From: Kiritimatiellia bacterium
GTDB taxonomy: Bacteria; Verrucomicrobiota; Kiritimatiellia; RFP12; UBA1067
Assembly: GCA_017563185.1 (NCBI GenBank)
Contig: JAFXIL010000195.1
Coordinates: 16,159-80,158, forward strand
Direction: 5' to 3'
Length of the DNA: 64,000 bases
The translations under genes and the position numbers were made by a program. The notes beneath the pieces are model-generated. The model searched no databases and was not told the origin of the DNA. It saw nothing but the letters and a program-made list of their open reading frames with translations. Below, in pieces: positions 9,476-17,037 of this stretch (the stretch's first letter is position 1; each line of letters opens with the position of its first letter).

Positions 9476-10174
9476 ATGAAAACAGACATTACTAGACGAC
9501 GTTTTGCGGCAGGCGCGGCGTGCGCCGCTCTGGCCGCGTGCGCCGATGCCAAGAGAGGAAAGCCCGCCATGAAGGAGATAGCTCTTCCACCGCTGCCGTA
9601 TGCCGAAGACGCACTTGCGCCCGTCATCTCGGCAAAGACGATTTCCTACCACTACGGAAAGCACCATGCCGGGTACATAAAGGCACTGAATGGCCTTATA
9701 TCCGGAACTCATTATGAAACTCTGTCGCTCTCGGAGATGGTGGGGCTTTCGCGCGAGCTGAACGATCCCGGGATATTCAACAATGCAGCCCAGGCGTGGA
9801 ACCACGACTTCTACTGGCATTCGCTCGCCCCTGTGGGCAAGGGAGGCGAACCGTCGGCCGAACTGCTCAAGGCGATCAACGAGTCGTTCGGGTCGCTTGA
9901 CAATTGCAAGAAGGCGCTTTCCCAAGCCGCCACGAGGCAATTCGGAAGCGGCTGGGCGTGGCTCGTCGCAAAGGGCGGAAAACTCCTCGTGGAGAGTACA
10001 GGCAACGCCGACACGCCGTGCAGGCAGCAGTACGTGAAGCCGCTTCTCACCATCGACGTGTGGGAGCATGCCTACTATCTCGACTGGCAGAACAACCGCG
10101 CCGCATACGTCAAGGCGATTGTCGACGGTCACCTGGACTGGTCCGCCGCCTCCAGTCGCTTCGCGTCGGCCTGA
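9476..10174 (+). CDS. Fe/Mn-family superoxide dismutase with N-terminal export/lipoprotein-like signal
   Basis: SOD signatures are present: YHYGKHH and DVWEHAYYLDWQNNRAAYV. The N-terminus MKTDITRRRFAAGAACAALAACADAK has an RRRF TAT-like motif and a lipobox-like LAAC. An alternative start lies at 9467. Confidence 0.85.
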   Translation: MKTDITRRRFAAGAACAALAACADAKRGKPAMKEIALPPLPYAEDALAPVISAKTISYHYGKHHAGYIKALNGLISGTHYETLSLSEMVGLSRELNDPGIFNNAAQAWNHDFYWHSLAPVGKGGEPSAELLKAINESFGSLDNCKKALSQAATRQFGSGWAWLVAKGGKLLVESTGNADTPCRQQYVKPLLTIDVWEHAYYLDWQNNRAAYVKAIVDGHLDWSAASSRFASA

Positions 10175-10193
10175 GACGACTGGAGGTGTTCCA

Positions 10194-11165
10194 ATGGCAG
10201 CCGCCCATAATGAAGGCGCATCGCGCCGAAAGGCCGGATCTCTGGACCGGCGCTCGTTCGTTGGATCGCTCGCGGCGTTTGGCGCGGGACAGGTTGCGTT
10301 TGGCGCGACGAACTGCGTTGAGCAGACGTCTGCCGCGCCTAAGCCGAATAACAGGTTCTCGGCGTGGGACGAAGTGTCGCTTGGCGGCACGGGCATTCGC
10401 ACGTCGCGTCTTGGCTTCGGAACGGGCGTGAAGTCCGGCAACCGCTCCAGCGGGATGGTCCGCCGCAACGGACACGACGGCGCGGTGAAGCTGGTGCGCG
10501 CCGCATACGAGCGCGGGATAAGGTTCTTCGACACTGCCGACAGCTACGGCACCCACGCGGTGCTGCGCGAGGCGCTCTCTCCGTTTCCGCGTTCGTCCTA
10601 CGTAATCTGCACGAAGTACTGGTTCATGGGCGGCGGCATCCCGGAGGCCGACAAGTCCGACGTCGAGAGCTCCGTCAGCCGCTACCTTCGCGAGCTAGGA
10701 ACGGACTACATTGACATTTTGCAGCTGCATTGCGTGTTTCAGCCAGATTGGCCGACAAATCTCCAGAAGCACATGGAGGGGCTTGAGCGCTGCAAGAAGG
10801 CAGGAAAGATCCGCGCCCATGGCTGCTCGTTCCACGGCGCGAAGTCGCTTCCGCTCGCTGCCGACACGAAGTGGCTTGACGTGGCGCATGTGCAGATCAA
10901 CCCGTTTGGAAGCAAGATGGGACTCAAGCCAGACGAGGCGCTTGAGCAGGTACGGAGACTGCACGCCGCCGGGAAGGGCGTGATCGGGATGAAGGTGCTT
11001 GGCGAAGGGGCTATAGCCAAGGAAGGGCGCATGGACCAGTCGATTGCCTGGGTGCTGAAGAACAATGCTGCGGATGTGCTTGACATCGGTTTTCTCGACA
11101 TCGCCGAGATCGACGACATCGCCCGCCGTATCGCGGCGGTCGAGGGGACAGTCCCCAACACCTAG
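10194..11165 (+). CDS. aldo/keto reductase with twin-arginine signal peptide
   Basis: Internal start MAAAHNEG…SLDRRSFVGSLAAFGAG (TAT motif), with RBS ggaggtg upstream. The AKR fold is indicated by GxGxxxxG…RFFDTADSYG…ILQLHC…GVIGMKVLGEG. The last codons (…GTVPNT*) are themselves a copy of the downstream palindromic repeat. Confidence 0.8.
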   Translation: MAAAHNEGASRRKAGSLDRRSFVGSLAAFGAGQVAFGATNCVEQTSAAPKPNNRFSAWDEVSLGGTGIRTSRLGFGTGVKSGNRSSGMVRRNGHDGAVKLVRAAYERGIRFFDTADSYGTHAVLREALSPFPRSSYVICTKYWFMGGGIPEADKSDVESSVSRYLRELGTDYIDILQLHCVFQPDWPTNLQKHMEGLERCKKAGKIRAHGCSFHGAKSLPLAADTKWLDVAHVQINPFGSKMGLKPDEALEQVRRLHAAGKGVIGMKVLGEGAIAKEGRMDQSIAWVLKNNAADVLDIGFLDIAEIDDIARRIAAVEGTVPNT

Positions 11166-11399
11166 CGGGGACAGTCCCCAATGCTTCCAAGGGGGACAGT
11201 CCCCAATATCCAAGGGGGACAGTCCCCAATGCTTCCAAGGGGGACAGTCCCCAATGTTTGAAAAGGAGAACAGATGAGAACACCTAGCGGGGACAGTCCC
11301 CAATGCTTCAAGGTGACAGTCCCCAATATCCAAGGGTGACAGTCCCCAATGCTTCCAAGGGGGACAGTCCCCAATGTTTAGAAAAGGAGAACAGATGAA
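11142..11399 (+). repeat. tandem duplication (2 x ~122 bp) containing 9 copies of a ~24-bp sub-repeat with palindromic core GGGGACAGTCCCC
   Basis: The direct repeat unit aacacctagcggggacagtccccaatgcttccaag…aaaaggagaacagatga occurs twice (11156-11277 and 11278-11399). Each unit carries four GGGGACAGTCCCCAAT(A/G)(T/C)… sub-repeats at 23-25 bp spacing. A ninth copy lies within the last codons of the upstream reductase gene. Each 122-bp unit ends with RBS aaaaggagaacag plus ATG. Confidence 0.9.
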
Positions 11400-14300
11400 T
11401 GAAAAAAGCGGACGGGCCTGCGAAACGTTGGGTTGTCTTCGTTGGGCGCGGCTGTTGGCTCTTGTGGCGGGGATTGCCGCAGTTGGAGGCGTGAATGGTG
11501 CGGTGTCGTATATAGTTGATTCCGCCGAGGGGCCTGAGAAGGCGAAGTGGGCCGAAGACGTGCTTGAGTTCGCTGATCCGTTCATCGGCTCAGGCGGCAC
11601 GGGCCACACCACTCCGGCGGCCGCGTATCCGTTCGGCATGGTCCAGCCTGGCCCTGACACCAGCCACTCCGGCTGGGAACATTGCTCCGCCTACCAGTAC
11701 GGCGACAAGCGCATCAGGCGCTTCTCCCAGAACCATCTGAGCGGGACAGGCTGTTCTGAGTTCACCGACCTTGGATTCATGCCCTCGGCCGATGACCCTG
11801 ACGATGCGCTGAGGCGCGACTATTCTGCCGGTTTCGACAAGGCTACGGAAAATGCGTCGCCGGGATACTACACCGCCACGCTTGAATGCGGAACGAAGGT
11901 GGAGGCGACGTGCACGAGGCATGTGTCGCTCTTCCGCTTCACGTTTCCGAAGGGCAAGAAGGCGTCGCTCCTGTTCGATCCGTCGTGGTCGTTCTCCAGG
12001 ACAAAGTCCGCAGAAATCGCCACGATGAAGGATAGACGCGTCTCGGGACACGTCGACCGCCACGGCTGGCCGGGCCACGAGTACTGGTTCGCCTGGGAGG
12101 TGTCTGCCGAGCCCACGCGCGCGCGCGTCGTCAGAGAGGCCATGGCGGAGAAGGGCAGAGTGCCGATCTGCGCGTACGAATTCGATGCGGACAGGGACAA
12201 CGTCATCTACCTCAAGGTCGCGCTGTCGCGCACCTCCGCCAAGGGCGCGCGCCGCAACATCGACAAGGAGGTGCCGGACTGGGACTTCGACGGGGTGCTT
12301 GCCGCCAACCGCGCCGCCTGGCGCAGGATACTCGAGCGCGTAAAGGCGAAGGGCACCAGAGACCAGCTAAAGACACTCTATACTTCGCTCTACCACCTCT
12401 GCTTCCAGCCGAACACTATTTCAGACGTTGACGAACCCGACCTCTATTCCACCTTCTCGTGCTGGGATACGTATCGCGCGGCGGGTCCGCTCTACACCAT
12501 CCTCACTCCCGAATACGTGCCCGCGTTCATCAACTCGATGTTGTGGCACTTCGAGAAAAACGGCCACCTCCCCGTATGGACCCTCTGGGGCAAGGACAAC
12601 CAGTGCATGGTCGGCGTGCATTCAGTGCCCATGATTGTCGATGCGTACCTGAAGGGCTTCAAGGGCGTGGACTGGGAGCGGGCGTTCGACTGCGTGCGCA
12701 AGACGCTGAGGGAGAACCGCGGCAGATGGATTGCGCGATACGAGCTCCTCGACAAGTACGGCTACTATCCCTGCGACTTCATCAAGAACGAATCGGTGTC
12801 GTGGCTGCTCGAAAACTGCTACGACGATGCCTGCGCGTATCGTATGGCCAAGAAGCTCGGCGGCAGGAAAGAGGACGAGAAGTTCTTCCTTGAGCGTTCC
12901 CGCACCTGGACGAAGTGCTTCGACCCGAAGACCGGCTTCATACGCGCCCGCGACTCGAAGGGCAGATGGCGCGAACCTTTTGATCCCTACAGAATCCACG
13001 GCGAAGGCCATCACCACTACACGGAGGGCAACGCATTCCACTGGAACTGGCATGTCATGCAGGATCCTGACCTTCTCGTCAAACTGCTTGGCGGCAAGGA
13101 CGCCGCGCTCAAGAGGCTTTACGGACTCTTCAACGAAGACCCCAGCAAGCTTTCCGATGCGCCGCCGGATGTGACCGGTCTTATCGGGCAGTACTGCCAC
13201 GGCAACGAGCCTAGCCACCATAACATCTATTTCTTCTCTTTGCTCGGCAGGCGCGACCTCGCCGCCCAGTACATAAGGGAAGTGATGGATACGCAGTATC
13301 AGACCACTCCCACGGGCCTCTGCGGAAACGACGACTGCGGGCAGATGAGCGCGTGGTGCATATTCAGTACGCTGGGTTTCTATCCGTTCGACCCGTGCGG
13401 CGGCAAATACGTGCTTGGTGAAGCGCAGATGGAGGAGATATCCATCGACGTAGGCGGCGGCAAGCGGTTCCGGGTGTCGTCCGAACTGCCCGGCGAGGCT
13501 TCCAAGGCGGTTCAGTTCAACGGACGCAAGATGGACGGCGTCATGATCGCCCACGACGAGATAATGAAGGGCGGCACGCTCGACTTCGTTGGAGGCACCT
13601 CGAGGTTCGACTACGTCTTCGACACGACCGGCGCCCCGGAACTTGCCGCATGGACCAGGCAGAACCTTGCGCCGCTTATCCGCAAATGGTATCCGAAGCT
13701 GACCGAGATGTTCCCGTCGGAAGGCTGGAGCCCGAACAGGAAAGTCAGATTCCGCTTCAAGGAGAGAATCGGCTGCCCGGCGTATGCGGCTGGCAACTGC
13801 GTGACTTTGGACCGCGAGTGGATCAATAGCAACCCCACGGACGTCGGCTGCGCGATACACGAGCTTTTCCACATTGTCCAGGGCGGGTATCGCAAAGCTC
13901 CTGGCTGGCTTGCAGAAGGACTTGCCGACTACGTCAGGTTCTATCTCTATGAGCCTGAAGCGCATGGATGCGACTTGATTCTAGGCTCCTCCGAGGTACG
14001 CTACAACCAATCCTATCGCGTGTCCGCAAACTTCCTCAATTTTGTAGAAACGAAATACCCCGGCGTCGTGAAGGAGCTGAACGCGCTCTGCCGTCAGGGC
14101 AAATATGAAGAAGAGACCTACTGGAAGAAGCGCACCGGCAAGACGGTCAAAGAAATCGAGAGGGAATGGAAGTCCCTAGGGGATATGCCGTTCAGGTACT
14201 ACCGCTTCTGCGTTGACCGCACGAAGCGCCCGGCCGACTGCATGCAGCTTTCCGAAATCGAGCTGATCGATTCAAAGGGCAAGGTGATTCCCGCCGGGAG

Positions 14301-14658
14301 ATTCGAGCTTGGCTTCAACGGTAGCGGCGGCAGAAAGTTCGGAAATGGCGAAACGCCTGACCGGGCCATTGACGGCGACGTCGAAACCAAGTGGCTGGAT
14401 TTCAGGGCCGAGCACAATGCCAAGCCCTCGCTTCGCGCCGCCGTTTGGCTGCAGTTCAAGTTCGCCTCGCCGACTGAGCTCTCCGGCTACAGGTGGTACA
14501 CGGCGAACGACTTTGAAGACCGAGATCCCGGCGCCTGGCGCCTCCTCGGATCCAACGACGGCGCCAACTGGGTCATGATCGACCAGGTCACCGGCTTTCG
14601 CGCCACTTCAGAGCGCAACAAACTCGCCTTCTCCCGGCGCCTGCCAGAAGTGAAGTAG
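11395..14658 (+). CDS. secreted GH92-family alpha-mannosidase fused to an HExxH (BSP-like zincin) domain and a C-terminal F5/8-type discoidin (CBM32-like) domain
   Basis: A signal peptide follows M at 11395 (…LLALVAGIAAVGGVNGA). The GH92 N-terminal signature is GSGGTGHTTPAAAYPFGMVQPGPDT, and the GH92 body runs to about aa 740. Residues 745-930 contain GCAIHELFHIVQG (HExxH). Residues 940-1087 are F5/8-C-like (…DGDVETKWLDFRAEH…WRLLGSNDGANWVMI). An ATG at 11374 inside the repeat is an unlikely start. Confidence 0.85.
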   Translation: MNEKSGRACETLGCLRWARLLALVAGIAAVGGVNGAVSYIVDSAEGPEKAKWAEDVLEFADPFIGSGGTGHTTPAAAYPFGMVQPGPDTSHSGWEHCSAYQYGDKRIRRFSQNHLSGTGCSEFTDLGFMPSADDPDDALRRDYSAGFDKATENASPGYYTATLECGTKVEATCTRHVSLFRFTFPKGKKASLLFDPSWSFSRTKSAEIATMKDRRVSGHVDRHGWPGHEYWFAWEVSAEPTRARVVREAMAEKGRVPICAYEFDADRDNVIYLKVALSRTSAKGARRNIDKEVPDWDFDGVLAANRAAWRRILERVKAKGTRDQLKTLYTSLYHLCFQPNTISDVDEPDLYSTFSCWDTYRAAGPLYTILTPEYVPAFINSMLWHFEKNGHLPVWTLWGKDNQCMVGVHSVPMIVDAYLKGFKGVDWERAFDCVRKTLRENRGRWIARYELLDKYGYYPCDFIKNESVSWLLENCYDDACAYRMAKKLGGRKEDEKFFLERSRTWTKCFDPKTGFIRARDSKGRWREPFDPYRIHGEGHHHYTEGNAFHWNWHVMQDPDLLVKLLGGKDAALKRLYGLFNEDPSKLSDAPPDVTGLIGQYCHGNEPSHHNIYFFSLLGRRDLAAQYIREVMDTQYQTTPTGLCGNDDCGQMSAWCIFSTLGFYPFDPCGGKYVLGEAQMEEISIDVGGGKRFRVSSELPGEASKAVQFNGRKMDGVMIAHDEIMKGGTLDFVGGTSRFDYVFDTTGAPELAAWTRQNLAPLIRKWYPKLTEMFPSEGWSPNRKVRFRFKERIGCPAYAAGNCVTLDREWINSNPTDVGCAIHELFHIVQGGYRKAPGWLAEGLADYVRFYLYEPEAHGCDLILGSSEVRYNQSYRVSANFLNFVETKYPGVVKELNALCRQGKYEEETYWKKRTGKTVKEIEREWKSLGDMPFRYYRFCVDRTKRPADCMQLSEIELIDSKGKVIPAGRFELGFNGSGGRKFGNGETPDRAIDGDVETKWLDFRAEHNAKPSLRAAVWLQFKFASPTELSGYRWYTANDFEDRDPGAWRLLGSNDGANWVMIDQVTGFRATSERNKLAFSRRLPEVK

Positions 14659-14742
14659 GAATCCGTCGGCGCACGAAGATGCACATTACTGCGTAAGACC
14701 GGAAGCCCGCGCTTTGTGCCGCGTATGGCTACGCTCGCCGAA

Positions 14743-17037
14743 TTAGAAGCGGGCGAGATCGAGCATTGAGCCTGGGCCGAGCGCGCGAAGATAGATGAAG
14801 AAGTAGAAGCGGTTGTCGCATTCCTCCTTCGAGCCGTCCACGCGCGTGTACGAGGTCTCGTGTGCGAACTGGAAGCGGTAGCCGATGCAGTCCGTCATCA
14901 GGTCAAACCACGAGCCAACCTCGTCGAGGTCGTTGCGGCGGCAGTCGTAGCGGATGTACGGCGACCACGCGAACCAGTCGCACACGGTGTGCTCGAAGCC
15001 GAGCTGCACCACGTTTGAGTACTCGTAGTTCCATCTGTCGTAGAGGCTGGGAAGGTAGTTCCATATGCGGTGGTCGCGGCCGATGTAGCCGGCGTGCCAC
15101 GCGAAGACGTCGGTGAGGCGCTGGCGGAAGAAGACGTCGGCGTAGGCGGCCTTGGAGTTTTCGCAGTCGTATTCGGCGCGGGTGTAGAACGTGACGTCGC
15201 GGGTGGGCAGCCAGCGGATGCGCGTGCCGGGAACCGCCTGGCGGTGTCCGCTGCGGCTGTAGTTGGGGTCTTCGTCCGTGTCGGGGTAGCCGGCGAGAGG
15301 GCCGTCCTTGTATGGGGTCATGGTCTCGAAGGGGATGGCGGCATACACGTCCCAGTCCAGAATGGTTCGTAGAATGTTCTGCTCGTCCGTTCTCTGGAAG
15401 ACGTTGCGGATGCCGGGGCGCACGCCGTGCCAGCTGGTTGGAAGGCCGCGGCCCTCGAAGCCGAACTGGTCGAGCCAGTCGACGGAGCTGTCGTAGCTGT
15501 CGAAGACGTAGTGGCGCTTGCTACGGCCGGAGGAGAGCTGCGCGTTCTGGTAGGAGTAGTCGATGTACGGCTCGAAGGTGTGGCGCCACGAGTCGTTGAG
15601 CCAGCTGGTGGCGTGCGCGGAGAGGGTGAAGCCGAACTCGCAGATGTGGCGGAAGAGGGCGTCGCCGGAGGCCTTGAGGTATTCGGAGCTGCGCGAGCCG
15701 CTGTTGCTCCAGTAGGTGCCGCGGTAGCCGGCGCGCGGGTTGACGGCGAGCACGTCCCAGAGCTTGAAGGGGGCGGTCACGCGGTGCGCGGTGTCCATGC
15801 GAAAGGCCTGGTAGTCGGCGCCGCGTCCGCTCTCGCCGAGGTATGGAACGTAGCGGAACATCGGATCGTGCGAGCCGTAGCGGGCATAGTCGTGGTTGAG
15901 GTAGCCGGCGCGCGTCTGCGACTCGTAGTTGGCGGGGAGGTCCCAGATGGGCTGCGGGGCGATGTTGGCCCAGCCTTCCGGGAGGCGGGAGGTGCCGCCG
16001 TAGAAGTCGTTGATGGGACCGGATACGCTGCCGCCAACGGCCCATGAGAGCCAACGGTGTTCGTACCATGCTTCATTGGAGGGGAGGGACTCGAGGCGGT
16101 GGTCCTTGTCGAAGAAGTCGCGGTTCATGTGCGAGTCGCTGAAGTAGGTGGCATGCACTCGCAGGTCGTCGTTGGGCGAGAGTTCAGCGCTGTGGTCCAG
16201 CACCACACGGTAGCGGTGGCGGTCCACGTCGCTGCCCCAGTTCTGGTAGTTGCGGTGGTGCCCGCTCCAGCGGCGGCCGGTGTAGCGGTCGTAGTCCTCG
16301 TCCCAGGCGTTGTAGCCGGAGATCTTGCCCTTGCCGAACTCCTGCAGATCCCAGCGCAGCGACTGCCCCACGGCGAAGCCGTTTTTCGTGCGGTAGTCGG
16401 CCGAGGTCGATGCGCCCAGCTTGTAGCCGCCGGGTGTGCCGTCGTCGTACAGGTTGTACACGTATTTGGTGAGCAGAAAGCCGCCCCAGCGCGAGCGGTA
16501 GCCGGGCATTGCGCGCAGGCCGTAGTCGGTGTTGAGCGGGTAGTACCACATGGGCACCCAGAGAACGGGCACGTCCATGTACCTTAGCCATGCGTTCTTG
16601 ACGAGCACGGCCTTGTCCTGGATGTATGTGAAGTCGCCGCGGAGGTCCCAGTGAAGATGGTCCACATCGTTGGAGCATGTGGTGGCCTTGGCGGGATTGC
16701 CGAAGGAGTAGATGCCGTCCACGCTGCGAGAGACGCGCTCCGAGAAGAAGCGGTACGGCGCGGCAGTGGCTGTGACGGAGCCAGTGGCGAGCAGAGCCCC
16801 GTCCTTGAGTCCACCCTGCAGGTACTTGCCTGTCACCGTGAGCTCGCCCGCGATGCGCTGGCCCTTCGCCTTCTGTGGAAGGGGGGCTGGGGCGAGGAGG
16901 TCTAGGATGCTAGACTCGGGGGAGAGAATATCCAGCATGTTAGACTCGGCTGCGACAGCGCCGAGCGTGGCGAGCGAGGCAAGAAAGAGTAGTGTCTTTT
17001 TCATTGTATTTTGTTCGCTTTGCGGGCTGAGTGTCAT
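14743..17037 (-). CDS. lptD: LptD/OstA-like outer-membrane beta-barrel protein (LPS-assembly protein family, tentative)
   Basis: It has a signal peptide (MKKTLLFLASLATLGAVAAES), an N-terminal OstA-like beta-jellyroll region, and a very W/Y/G-rich C-terminal ~550 aa typical of large OM barrels. The start at 17037 overlaps the rng stop (ATGA); an alternative ATG is at 17004. The upstream 200 codons of the ORF-track entry are antisense/overlap artefact. Confidence 0.5.
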   Translation of the reverse strand: MTLSPQSEQNTMKKTLLFLASLATLGAVAAESNMLDILSPESSILDLLAPAPLPQKAKGQRIAGELTVTGKYLQGGLKDGALLATGSVTATAAPYRFFSERVSRSVDGIYSFGNPAKATTCSNDVDHLHWDLRGDFTYIQDKAVLVKNAWLRYMDVPVLWVPMWYYPLNTDYGLRAMPGYRSRWGGFLLTKYVYNLYDDGTPGGYKLGASTSADYRTKNGFAVGQSLRWDLQEFGKGKISGYNAWDEDYDRYTGRRWSGHHRNYQNWGSDVDRHRYRVVLDHSAELSPNDDLRVHATYFSDSHMNRDFFDKDHRLESLPSNEAWYEHRWLSWAVGGSVSGPINDFYGGTSRLPEGWANIAPQPIWDLPANYESQTRAGYLNHDYARYGSHDPMFRYVPYLGESGRGADYQAFRMDTAHRVTAPFKLWDVLAVNPRAGYRGTYWSNSGSRSSEYLKASGDALFRHICEFGFTLSAHATSWLNDSWRHTFEPYIDYSYQNAQLSSGRSKRHYVFDSYDSSVDWLDQFGFEGRGLPTSWHGVRPGIRNVFQRTDEQNILRTILDWDVYAAIPFETMTPYKDGPLAGYPDTDEDPNYSRSGHRQAVPGTRIRWLPTRDVTFYTRAEYDCENSKAAYADVFFRQRLTDVFAWHAGYIGRDHRIWNYLPSLYDRWNYEYSNVVQLGFEHTVCDWFAWSPYIRYDCRRNDLDEVGSWFDLMTDCIGYRFQFAHETSYTRVDGSKEECDNRFYFFIYLRALGPGSMLDLARF

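Noticed and set aside
11274-11339. 21-codon upstream ORF created by the duplicated RBS plus ATG in the first repeat copy
   Set aside because: It is not reported as a gene: it is a by-product of the duplication and is mentioned in the findings only as a possible uORF.
11142-11399. Possible CRISPR array (regular ~24-bp repeats)
   Set aside because: The 'spacers' are only 8-10 bp and nearly identical to one another. The whole block is a 2 x 122-bp tandem duplication. No cas genes are present.
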